From positions 1 to 35,744 of the forward strand of contig JAENWX010000003.1 of the NCBI GenBank assembly GCA_016649835.1: a DNA stretch of 35,744 bases. The letters are read 5' to 3'. The translations under genes were made by a program, and so were the position numbers. Shown piece after piece: positions 26,233 to 35,234 of this stretch (its first letter is position 1; every line of letters starts with the position of its first letter). Origin of the DNA: Minisyncoccota bacterium (GTDB lineage Bacteria; Patescibacteriota; Minisyncoccia; Phycocordibacterales; UBA9973). The notes beneath the pieces are model-generated. The model had not been told where the DNA came from and made no database searches. It saw only the letters and a list, made by a program, of their open reading frames with translations.

Positions 26233-26319
26233 GGATGAGTGGCCGAGAGGCTTAAGGCAGCGGTTTACTAAACCGCCGTCCCTTTACCGGGACCGTGAGT
26301 TCGAATCTCACCTCATCCG
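26233..26319 (+). tRNA. tRNA-Ser (ACT), unusual A34 anticodon
   Basis: Acceptor GGATGAG/CTCATCC, anticodon arm GCGGT-TT ACT AA-ACCGC (ACT at 26267-26269), variable arm GTCCC/GGGAC, T arm GTGAG-TTCGAAT-CTCAC, G73. Confidence 0.92.
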
Positions 26320-26640
26320 CATGTTGAAAAAATTGCCCCTATTAAGGGGCTTTTTTCTTATGCGGATGCGAAGACGTGAACTGCTCATTTAGTAAAATGA
26401 CCTACTGGGTTCACGTCTGGGTGAGATTCGAACAGCGGAGTCATATTTTGTTAGCAAACAAAATAGACGAGCTGGTGCCCAGACAAAACTTTTTGACGAA
26501 AAAGTTTTAGTCGCGGGCGAAACATGTACTCATGGTCTCGGGAGGAAGATTCGAAAGACTTTTCCTTGCCGTAGACGGAAATACCTCATTTAGTAAAATG
26601 ACCTACTGGGCGCCGCAGTATTGGCGAATCTCACCGCCTC
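26320..26640 (+). repeat. tRNA-Ser(ACT) 3' modular trailer
   Basis: Antisense 3' end at 26360-26368, antisense T arm at 26420-26433, cassettes shared with the Asp and Ser(GCT) trailers, and sense T-arm copy CGAATCTCACC at 26625-26635. Confidence 0.85.
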
Positions 26641-26672
26641 CCCATTCACACATATTCTGATATAATATTTAC

Positions 26673-26801
26673 ATGAAAATGGAACTCAATAAAACCAAAA
26701 CACTAATACTTCTTTTTATATTTATTACAATTGGTGGAATTATTTTATACGGAGAAAATAATCCTAATAACTTTTCGCCATTAGATTACATAATTAAATA
26801 A
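26673..26801 (+). CDS. Small membrane protein, 42 aa (not in the ORF track)
   Basis: MKMELNKTKTLILLFIFITIGGIILYGENNPNNFSPLDYIIK*. TGATATAAT lies 6 nt upstream. Confidence 0.55.
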   Translation: MKMELNKTKTLILLFIFITIGGIILYGENNPNNFSPLDYIIK

Positions 26802-26805
26802 GTTT

Positions 26806-27633
26806 TTATTTCAATGATTCTACAAAGCGGATTATAGTTTCTTTAATTTTTGCTGACTTATGAGACTTGGCTATAAATGAAATTTTTATAGAAACTTCTC
26901 CTTTTTCGTTGTAATCGAAATCTATTTTATATTTCTTTCCAGCGTAACCTTTAAAGTGCCCCACTTTTAAAATACTTCTTTTGGGTAATAGCTCTTCTAA
27001 ATAATCTTCAATTTTTTTCATCCAGGCATCAAAGTTATCTGGAAAATTCTCATTATTGTAATAAATGGATAAAGATATTTTATTGTAATCTCCAGACTTG
27101 AGTTGCTGCTGATTAACTATCTGACCCAAAAACATAAAATTGGGAATATGGTGGAGCCTTCCGTTGTATTCTCCGTTTTCGTCTTTTCCAATAAGATCAG
27201 TATACAAAGGTTTTACTCTTAAAATTTCTCCCAAAAAATTATCTATTTGAATATTATCTCCAGATTTATAATTTGATAAAATATAAAAAAATGAAACTAA
27301 AGAAGCAAGAGGTTCTTTTAAGATTATAATAAGTGCACCTGTAGCAACTGCCAAAATACTAAAAGCTTGCACATTGTATGCACCCAACACTGCAATAATA
27401 CCTATAAAAATAATTACAAAACGAATAATATCAATGTGCTGGATTTGTTTATTGTGTTCAACTGACAAATCTTCTATTTGTTCAATAGATTCAATGCTTT
27501 CTTTTTTAAGCTTAAATTCTTTTACTTTTTGACGCTTTACGTGTCTCAAAACTAACTCTATAAATATAAACAACAATAAGAGTGCCGCGGCACTTAGATT
27601 TTGCCCATATGAAAATGATTGAAAGAATGACAT
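26806..27633 (-). CDS. MscS-family mechanosensitive channel
   Basis: Three TM segments, then YKSGDNIQIDNFLGEI..., HIPN. Start revised from 27660 using the -10 position. Confidence 0.82.
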   Translation of the reverse strand: MSFFQSFSYGQNLSAAALLLLFIFIELVLRHVKRQKVKEFKLKKESIESIEQIEDLSVEHNKQIQHIDIIRFVIIFIGIIAVLGAYNVQAFSILAVATGALIIILKEPLASLVSFFYILSNYKSGDNIQIDNFLGEILRVKPLYTDLIGKDENGEYNGRLHHIPNFMFLGQIVNQQQLKSGDYNKISLSIYYNNENFPDNFDAWMKKIEDYLEELLPKRSILKVGHFKGYAGKKYKIDFDYNEKGEVSIKISFIAKSHKSAKIKETIIRFVESLK

Positions 27634-27728
27634 ATGCTGATTATATCTTAAAAAGAACAAAATATAAACAGGGTCTTTTATTCTAAAATAAAATATTTCT
27701 TGTTATTTTATATGATATAATTTAAAAC

Positions 27729-29915
27729 ATGAATTTAGGTGATAAAATTGAATCTCATTTTAGAATAGATATAAATCAAAAAAAAGCACTGGCTAAACTC
27801 GGAATACATGAAGTCCGAGATCTTTTATATTATTTTCCTTCTAGATATACAGATATAAGTGAATTTCGTTATATAAACACTTTAAAAGATGGTGAGCAGG
27901 CCACAATAGTTGGAATCATATCTAACCTTCAAACAAAAAAAGGTTTTAAAAGTAAAATTCCTATGGGCCAAGCCACTATTACTGACCTAACTGGCAAGCT
28001 AAATATTATTTGGTTTCATCAGCCGTACTTGGCAAAGATGCTAAAAGAAGGTTCTACTGTAAGAGTTACAGGTAAAGTATCCGAAAACAAAACTTACGGA
28101 CTAACTCTTACGAACCCAGAAATAAATAAAGAAGATATTCTTCCTATTGATTTACATGATTCACTTTTTCAGAAAAAAGAAGGAGTTGAACAATTTGGAT
28201 ACCCAGTCTACCCTGAATCAAGAGGAGTAACATCAAAATGGATGTATCATGCTATTAATAAAATTCTTAAATCTGATTGCGTAAATAATATTCAAGATTA
28301 TTTAGATAAAGAAATTTTAAATAAATATAAACTACCAAGCCTTCATACTGCTCTAGTCTGGATACACTCTCCTCAAAAAAAAGAGCATGCGGAAATTGCC
28401 CGCAAAAGATTTGCTTTTGAAGAAGTATTTTTTATACAACTTGCTCGCCAGCAAGAAAGAAAAAAATATGAGGAATTATATTCTTATAAACTTATAGTTA
28501 AAGACAGCGATATAAAAGATTTCGTTTCTCGTTTTCCTTTCAAACCTACAACTTCTCAAAGTAGTACTATTCATACAATTTTAGAGGATTTAAAAAAAGA
28601 TAAACCAATGTCACGCTTAGTAGAAGGAGATGTTGGAAGTGGTAAAACTTTCGTGGCTGCAACAATAGCATATGCTGTTATTAAAAACAGACCAGTGGGT
28701 CAATCTTTTGGAAATCTCCAGGTTGCTTACATGGCACCTACTGAAGTGCTAGCCACACAACTATTTGAAAATTTTACTCAATATTTTGAACATACCGGTA
28801 TATCTATTGCCCTTATAACATCATCTGGTTGCCGTAAATTCCCTAGCAAATCAGGTGGGTGGAAGGATGGACAACAGATTAAAACCTGGACTCCTATAGC
28901 AAAGAACCAGCTTCTTAAATGGATTAAAAACGGTGAAATACCAATAGTGATAGGCACTCATTCTCTAATATCCAAATCAATAGAATTTGAAGATTTAGGC
29001 TTAGTTATTATTGATGAGCAACATAGATTTGGAACAAATCAAAGAATGAAACTCGCAAAAAAAGAAGGCCACTCTCCTCATTATCTTTCTATGACAGCTA
29101 CGCCTATTCCACGAACTTTAGCACTTACAATATACGGAGACTTGGATTTATCAATAATTGACCAAATGCCTTTGGGGCGAAAAACTGTTATCACTGAAAT
29201 AGTTTCCGAAAATAAAAGACTGGAAGCTTACGAAAAAATTAAAAAAGAATTGGAGAGTGGTCGCCAGCTATATGTAATTTGTCCAAAGATTGACGAGACA
29301 ACAGACGACGAAGATAAAATAAAACTTGATGTAAAGTCTGTAACAAGCGAAGCTAAAAGATTACAGAAAGAAGTTTTCCAAAATTATCGTATTGATATAA
29401 TGCATAGTAAAATGACCAAACAAAAAAAGGAATTGGTTATGAAGGAATTTGCGGAACACAAGATAGATATTCTTGTGTCTACTTCTGTTATTGAAGTTGG
29501 AGTTAATATTCCAAATTCAACTGTAATTATTATTGAGGGGGCAGAGAGATTTGGTCTTGCTCAGCTTCACCAGCTTCGTGGAAGAGTAATACGTTCTAAC
29601 TATCAATCATATTGTTATTTATTTGCGGATGCAAAAAGCGATAAAACTATAGACAGATTAAAAGCTTTAACAAAAGCAGCAAATGGATTTGAACTTGCTG
29701 AACTTGATTTGTCTTTAAGAGGAGCCGGGCTACTAGGTGGCGACAAACAATGGGGCATCACAGATATTGGGATGGAGGCTCTCCGAAATATAAAGATGGT
29801 GGAAGCTGCAAGAACAGAAGCTATAAATATAATTCAAAATGATGTTGAATTAAAAAATTCTCCCCTTTTGGCAAATACTCTCTCGGCTAAAAATATTAAG
29901 CTGCATTTTGAATAA
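27729..29915 (+). CDS. recG: ATP-dependent DNA helicase RecG
   Basis: RLVEGDVGSGKT, MAPTEVLA, IIDEQHRFG, MTATPIPRTL, AERFGLAQLHQLRGRV, DLSLRGAG. Confidence 0.97.
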   Translation: MNLGDKIESHFRIDINQKKALAKLGIHEVRDLLYYFPSRYTDISEFRYINTLKDGEQATIVGIISNLQTKKGFKSKIPMGQATITDLTGKLNIIWFHQPYLAKMLKEGSTVRVTGKVSENKTYGLTLTNPEINKEDILPIDLHDSLFQKKEGVEQFGYPVYPESRGVTSKWMYHAINKILKSDCVNNIQDYLDKEILNKYKLPSLHTALVWIHSPQKKEHAEIARKRFAFEEVFFIQLARQQERKKYEELYSYKLIVKDSDIKDFVSRFPFKPTTSQSSTIHTILEDLKKDKPMSRLVEGDVGSGKTFVAATIAYAVIKNRPVGQSFGNLQVAYMAPTEVLATQLFENFTQYFEHTGISIALITSSGCRKFPSKSGGWKDGQQIKTWTPIAKNQLLKWIKNGEIPIVIGTHSLISKSIEFEDLGLVIIDEQHRFGTNQRMKLAKKEGHSPHYLSMTATPIPRTLALTIYGDLDLSIIDQMPLGRKTVITEIVSENKRLEAYEKIKKELESGRQLYVICPKIDETTDDEDKIKLDVKSVTSEAKRLQKEVFQNYRIDIMHSKMTKQKKELVMKEFAEHKIDILVSTSVIEVGVNIPNSTVIIIEGAERFGLAQLHQLRGRVIRSNYQSYCYLFADAKSDKTIDRLKALTKAANGFELAELDLSLRGAGLLGGDKQWGITDIGMEALRNIKMVEAARTEAINIIQNDVELKNSPLLANTLSAKNIKLHFE

Positions 29916-29950
29916 AAAATACCCCATAAGGGGTATTTTTTATTCAAAAT
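29905..29950. terminator. Bidirectional terminator between recG and the large ORF
   Basis: 21-bp inverted repeat ATTTTGAATAAAAAATACCCC-ATAA-GGGGTATTTTTTATTCAAAAT. Confidence 0.85.
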
Positions 29951-29953
29951 TAT

Positions 29954-32900
29954 TTATTTTGTTTTTTCTTGTTCAGCTTTAGTTATCTTTATATTGCCGT
30001 TCTTTAATTCTCCTTCTAATTCATTTTTATCATACGACACTAAAGTTTCTACTCCCTTGCTGTCTGTATAGATTGCTTCAATTTTAGTTTTTCCAAAAAA
30101 TCCAAAGAATCCGCCGCTTGAAATTACTTTTGTAACTTTAAAGGAACCACTTTCACTCTTAAATTCGGTACCTATTTTTGATAAATCTTTTGCAGTAAAT
30201 ACTTTTTCTGCAGTAGATATATTTGTAGGAGTTTTTCCTAAGACTTCCTCTGGTTTCTTTTTTTCTTCTGTTGTTACTGTTTTTTGTTCAACTTCTGTAG
30301 TTTTCACAATTTCAGGGTTAACTTCAGACTCACCCTTATTTATACCTCTACCATCCTCTGCTTCACTTTTATCTAAACGTTTAATTCCTGCATCAGTAAA
30401 TTCAACAACATCACCTGCTTTGTATGTTTCGTTTGAAGTTTCTACTTTTTTCGAGATACTTAGAAGGCCATCTAATTCATCTCCGATTTTCATTACTTCT
30501 TCCTTGTTCCAAGTTATATTTTTACCTTCTTCAATATGATTAAGTTCGTTATATCTTTTTTTACCATAAGCGGACTTAAAATCTTTTTCAGTTAAAGTAA
30601 GGACTCCTTCGGATGATTGCTCTTTTTTATTTATCATCTTAAGGTCATCATACATTCCGTCATATTCTTCTTTGCTAATTTTATTAACAACATCTTTTTT
30701 CTCAATCTTATCTATATCATCTGCCACAACCGGAGCTACATCAATTTTATCTATATCTTCTTTGGTGACAGTAGTTACATCAATTTTATTTATATCTTCT
30801 TCAGAGATTTGTTCTGGTTTTATTTCCTTTGCTTGATTAACTTTTCCAAGAGGTCTATGAGCAACCAACGGAACAAACAATGGCATCTCTGTTCCCATAG
30901 TTGGACTAAGATTATCGATAGTTACATCTACATGTGAGGGAACGATATCTTTTATTTTATCTAGGCCTTCTCCAACCACTGTACTAAGAGTTCGAATATG
31001 TTCAACTCCATTTTTATCTATTCCCATTTTCTGAACAATCTCAATAAATTTTGCATGTGAGACCATATGTCCGTCAGGGCCAGGGCTAAAAATTTGTTGC
31101 ATTAGTGGATTATTGTGGTCAAAAATAATATTTCCACTTGCATCAATAGGAACAGGAATTCCTTGGCCTTGATGTGATCCGTCTAGAAATATCATCGCCA
31201 TTAGGTTACCCTTACCCATTGCTTCTTGAGCATTTACAGACAAACCATCTTGAAATGAACCTCCTGGTGTCATATGAGAAATATTTAAAACATAATCTCC
31301 ATTTTCTGCTACACCAGTTCCGTTTATACCACCCCAATGAGTACCTAGCTCATTTAAGTCTGCTCCGAGTAATTTGCCAGTCTCAGGATCTACGTTCATG
31401 CCTGTATCGTTCCCATACCACAAATCATGATTAACATTTATTGTTTCTCCAGGGTGGTTTGCTAGCCAGTCTTGCGCACTACCCGTTATTTCTTTAGTAG
31501 AATCAATCACGCTATGAGTAGCTGTTGCTAAAATTCCATCTTGTCCAAGTCTTTGAATAGATGCTGCATCTAAACCTCCATTTACATCAAATGTTGGCTG
31601 AAAATGACTTGTTACAACATGGTCTCCTCTTAATAAATCAAACGTACCATCGGCATTATTTACCAAACTAGTGCCTTCTGGAATATTTATATCATGTCCA
31701 TTAAATACTGCTGTAATTGCATTCCCCATACCCATATGAGATGGGTTTCCAGACACCCAACCACGAATATGTTCAAATGGTGTTTGAATAGAAGCATGAC
31801 CCTCTTCTGGCTTAACTAAACCTTCAACAAAACCTTGAACATCATCTTTAAAGAAAGCTAGACCTTCTTGAATTGTTCCTCCAATAATTAAACCGACTAC
31901 AGCTGTTTGGGCCATTTTTTTAGCGATACGTCCTGCTTTATATTTACGGAAAGCTTTATCCTGAGCAGTAATTCCTTTTTCTCCACCTAGCAATGTATCT
32001 TCGATAACTTGTGTTTGTTCTGCCAAAAGAGCTTCAAAAGTTTTTCCGTCTTTCAAACCATCTTTTAGATCACCTTCAAGTCTTTTGCGTAATTCTACTT
32101 TTGCTCTTGCTGTTAGAATAGTAAGGTCAGTGCTCTCCTTTTCAACATTACCAATTCCTGAATATGAAATAAGGTCTATTTTATTTCTTGCATTAAGTCC
32201 TTTGCGCGCATCTATTTCACCTAGACTTGCAATAATTTTATCTATATCTTCTTGTTTAATATCTTTTGGAACATCTTTACCGTCTTTATCTATATCAAAC
32301 ATTAAATCGCGTAAATTTTGAGCAAGAACATTTGAGCTTTCCATTGTGTATGCAAATCTATCTAATTGTTCTCTACTCTTATCACCTTTTTCTGTTTCAC
32401 TCCCTTCAGCTGCTTCAATATCGCGTTGTTTTTTATCAAGAACAACCTTCCTACTTGCACCTACGCCTGCAGATAGAGCAGCAAGAGCTACCGAACCACC
32501 TAAAGAAAATAATGCTGCCGCCTTACTAGTCATAAGCTTCTTGCTTAATCCCACCGAAAGAGAATAGGTTAAGCCAATTGCAGTAGAAACAACTGCTGGG
32601 CTGATAAATTTACCAACAGGAGTTTTATTTGTCCAATCCACCGCTTTATCTATCATATTAAAATGAGCTTCTGTTTTAAGACTACTTTTTGCCTTACCAA
32701 TAACAATTTCTAAATCAAAATCTAACTCTTCTATTTTAGCACCATGCTCTATAGCAAGACGTGCATTTTGAGCGATTTCAAAAAGATTGTCTGCGTAATG
32801 ATTAGCACCTTTTAATAAATCTTCACCTTTTAAAATCTTTATTGAATTATTTTTACCAGTTTTAAAAGCCTCTTCATCTATCTTGCTCATTGCATAATCA

Positions 32901-33394
32901 TTTATCAAACTTTTTAGCTCAGTTTTTGCTTTTATTGTTTCTGGGTCTTTATCGTCGAGCATTTTTTTAGCTTCTCCTTCAGCAAGTGTACCTTCATAGT
33001 CGGAAGTGAAACGGTCAGAAATTGCTTTCATAGTATTTTCATGAGCTGTTTTGTCTTTGTTTTCTAATCTTCCTGTATAAATATTTCCAGTACTATCTAT
33101 TTCCTCTTTTACTTTATTAACTTCCTTTTGTCTATAATATTCATCAAAAAATGTATGTTTCCACATTTTTTTAAAGAAACCAATTTTATTGCTTCCGTAT
33201 GATTCAGCCATATTTGCATCAGCTGCTTTTCTGGCTTCATTTTCTGCTAACTCTGATATATTTACTATGGACACACCTTGTTTAACTTTCTCTAGTGCGC
33301 TTTGCTTAGCTGATTCATTAATCTGCATTTCTGAATTTCCATCTTTTATATCATTATTTTCGTTATTTATTATTTTTTTTGGAGGTATATCCAT
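29954..33394 (-). CDS. Large hypothetical membrane-associated protein (1146 aa)
   Basis: Charged helical N-terminus, hydrophobic segments near aa 265-320 and 495-515, a Gly/Asp/His-rich middle region and a charged C-terminus with 13-aa repeats. Confidence 0.85.
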   Translation of the reverse strand: MDIPPKKIINNENNDIKDGNSEMQINESAKQSALEKVKQGVSIVNISELAENEARKAADANMAESYGSNKIGFFKKMWKHTFFDEYYRQKEVNKVKEEIDSTGNIYTGRLENKDKTAHENTMKAISDRFTSDYEGTLAEGEAKKMLDDKDPETIKAKTELKSLINDYAMSKIDEEAFKTGKNNSIKILKGEDLLKGANHYADNLFEIAQNARLAIEHGAKIEELDFDLEIVIGKAKSSLKTEAHFNMIDKAVDWTNKTPVGKFISPAVVSTAIGLTYSLSVGLSKKLMTSKAAALFSLGGSVALAALSAGVGASRKVVLDKKQRDIEAAEGSETEKGDKSREQLDRFAYTMESSNVLAQNLRDLMFDIDKDGKDVPKDIKQEDIDKIIASLGEIDARKGLNARNKIDLISYSGIGNVEKESTDLTILTARAKVELRKRLEGDLKDGLKDGKTFEALLAEQTQVIEDTLLGGEKGITAQDKAFRKYKAGRIAKKMAQTAVVGLIIGGTIQEGLAFFKDDVQGFVEGLVKPEEGHASIQTPFEHIRGWVSGNPSHMGMGNAITAVFNGHDINIPEGTSLVNNADGTFDLLRGDHVVTSHFQPTFDVNGGLDAASIQRLGQDGILATATHSVIDSTKEITGSAQDWLANHPGETINVNHDLWYGNDTGMNVDPETGKLLGADLNELGTHWGGINGTGVAENGDYVLNISHMTPGGSFQDGLSVNAQEAMGKGNLMAMIFLDGSHQGQGIPVPIDASGNIIFDHNNPLMQQIFSPGPDGHMVSHAKFIEIVQKMGIDKNGVEHIRTLSTVVGEGLDKIKDIVPSHVDVTIDNLSPTMGTEMPLFVPLVAHRPLGKVNQAKEIKPEQISEEDINKIDVTTVTKEDIDKIDVAPVVADDIDKIEKKDVVNKISKEEYDGMYDDLKMINKKEQSSEGVLTLTEKDFKSAYGKKRYNELNHIEEGKNITWNKEEVMKIGDELDGLLSISKKVETSNETYKAGDVVEFTDAGIKRLDKSEAEDGRGINKGESEVNPEIVKTTEVEQKTVTTEEKKKPEEVLGKTPTNISTAEKVFTAKDLSKIGTEFKSESGSFKVTKVISSGGFFGFFGKTKIEAIYTDSKGVETLVSYDKNELEGELKNGNIKITKAEQEKTK

Positions 33395-33427
33395 GTTAGT
33401 AATTTAAGTTAGTGAATAATATACTAT

Positions 33428-33754
33428 TTATGAAAGATAAGTTTGTTTAAATACAATAAGTTCTGTTGCTATTAACTGTGATAAACCTGGAATATTATCT
33501 GAGCAAAACTTTTGCATCTCAGTATCTGAAACATCTTTATCCATTAAATCATTAAATTCTGCAAGTTTTTCTTCTGAAAGATTACTAATGATAACCATAT
33601 TTACGGCGTCTTCTACTCTACTCAATAAATCCTTCTTGATTTGATCAATAACTTCCTTTTCTAAATCTGCTGGATAATTTTTCTCTGCAACTAGACGGTC
33701 AACAAACATTTGTAAATCTAAACTCTCACCTGTTTTTTTTGTTTCTTCGTTCAT
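33428..33754 (-). CDS. Small acidic helical protein (DUF5663-like, from memory)
   Basis: 108-aa ORF with TTGACA-18-TATAAT upstream (33831-33860). Probably co-transcribed with the large ORF. Confidence 0.75.
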   Translation of the reverse strand: MNEETKKTGESLDLQMFVDRLVAEKNYPADLEKEVIDQIKKDLLSRVEDAVNMVIISNLSEEKLAEFNDLMDKDVSDTEMQKFCSDNIPGLSQLIATELIVFKQTYLS

Positions 33755-33910
33755 AATATAAATAGTTAATTATTAATTTTAATTATATTCATTATATACT
33801 TATTTGCCAAAGCAATATAATTGTTATTATATTATAACATATTTATATACATAATGTCAATGGATATAAATGACCAGTAAATACAATTTATTTAATTTTG
33901 AGTATAAAAA

Positions 33911-33937
33911 ATACCACTAAGTTAAACTTAGTGGTAT
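33911..33937. terminator. Terminator after the LysM-like gene
   Basis: ATACCACTAAGT-TAA-ACTTAGTGGTAT with an A-run on the left. Confidence 0.7.
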
Positions 33938-33959
33938 GTTTTTGGTTAAGAAGTTGGGA

Positions 33960-34742
33960 TTATTTCCCTTCTTCTTTTAATGGCTCGGTTTTTTGTTCTT
34001 CAACAACAGGGGCAGGGGCAGGTTTTTCTACTCCATGATTAAAAAATTTTGCAGACATTACAAAAAGGTTTTCATTTTTCTCAATAAACAATCGAGAAAG
34101 TTGATTCTTTTTTGCACTATCTGACAAAATATCCAGTGCATGATCCTGGAAATCTTGCTCGCGTCCCAAAAGAGTTGCCCGTGTGGCTAGGTCAATATTG
34201 CCTCCGTTATGGATAGCAATATGAACAGCAGTAGATGAACTAATTTCTACTTTATTATTTTTTTGATAGTAATCTATCAACCAAACAACAAATGCAATTA
34301 GTGCTCCAATCAGCAACCATCCCCACCAAGGAATTCCTGAATCAGATTTTATTGGTGTAGAGGTTGTTGTTGTTACAGTTTCTTCAACCGTATAACTTGG
34401 AATAAGAATTTCGTTTCCGATTTTAACAACCTCTCCAGGATAGATTATTACAATCCATTGCTTTCTTTCTGGATTGAAATAAATTCTGCCGGGAGCATTT
34501 AGAAATGGGTTCATGGCTATTATTTCACGCCATTTAAATCCTGTTCCGTATTCCTTTTCAGAATAACCCCAAACAGTTTCACCTTTTACAACCACTTTGG
34601 TTTTTATAGTAAAACCATTCATGTCCGAAATGGAGGTTTTGGTTGTTGTTGTCGTAGTTACAACCTTTGATGAAGGTTGGTTACCACATGAACTAATCAT
34701 AAACGCCATAACGGCAACGGTTAAAAATACAATTTTTCTCAT
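33960..34742 (-). CDS. Putative lipoprotein with LysM-like domain and internal TM helix
   Basis: MRKIVFLTVAVMAFMISSC signal/lipobox, VVKGETVWGYS..YG....WREIIAMNP...IYPGEV, TM segment IPWWGWLLIGALIAFVVWLI. TTGACA-16-TATAAT at 34801-34828. Confidence 0.78.
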   Translation of the reverse strand: MRKIVFLTVAVMAFMISSCGNQPSSKVVTTTTTTKTSISDMNGFTIKTKVVVKGETVWGYSEKEYGTGFKWREIIAMNPFLNAPGRIYFNPERKQWIVIIYPGEVVKIGNEILIPSYTVEETVTTTTSTPIKSDSGIPWWGWLLIGALIAFVVWLIDYYQKNNKVEISSSTAVHIAIHNGGNIDLATRATLLGREQDFQDHALDILSDSAKKNQLSRLFIEKNENLFVMSAKFFNHGVEKPAPAPVVEEQKTEPLKEEGK

Positions 34743-34841
34743 CTTTACGTTTTTTGTTTTCAAATTTGGTCCTTAGTTGGAAGCCAAACGATTTAGGTAT
34801 ATTATAGCAGATTAGAGAAAATTGTCAAGCGGGTGATGTGG

Positions 34842-35234
34842 CTCTAGGACCGCGAGTACGCAGTAGGTCAGTACTGGACCAGTACAAATTTTATGGCGGA
34901 CACTGTCGTCAGGAATAATTTGCTTTTCGTCAAAAGCAAATTTTCACGACCCTCAATCAGTAGATTGACCTACTGGGCGACTCGGCTCGTCAGCCTCCGT
35001 CTTTATTTCTTTTATTTAAAAAGAAATAACCCTACTGGACCAGTACACCTTTTCGAACCATAGACGAGGACCGTGAGTACACTTTTCGGCTACCACGTAG
35101 CCAGGTACTTTTCGCTCCGATATCAATCGGAGAACGAAAAGTCTTTCGAATCCTAGACGCAGGCAAAGCAGTTTGCCTGCTAGGGCGGACCATATTAAAA
35201 AACCACACACTTTTCAGTGTGTGGTTTTTTAATA
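34842..35234 (-). repeat. tRNA-Ile(TAT) 3' modular trailer
   Basis: 29-bp inverted repeat 35182-35210/35217-35245 includes the tRNA 3' end. AACTGCTT-loop hairpin at 35159-35180, antisense T arm at 35145-35156, cassette ending TGTACTCACGGTCCT, terminal sense copy TCCTAGAG at 34842-34849. Confidence 0.85.

Noticed and set aside
25835-26392. ORFs 25835-26110 and 26198-26392
   Set aside because: They overlap the tRNA-Ser genes and their trailers and show no protein features.
722-33407. Numerous short ORFs overlapping long genes, mostly antisense (e.g. 10424-10819, 18118-18588, 30617-30937)
   Set aside because: Shadow frames of well-supported genes.
35016-35210. 64-aa ORF
   Set aside because: It lies wholly in the structured tRNA-Ile trailer.
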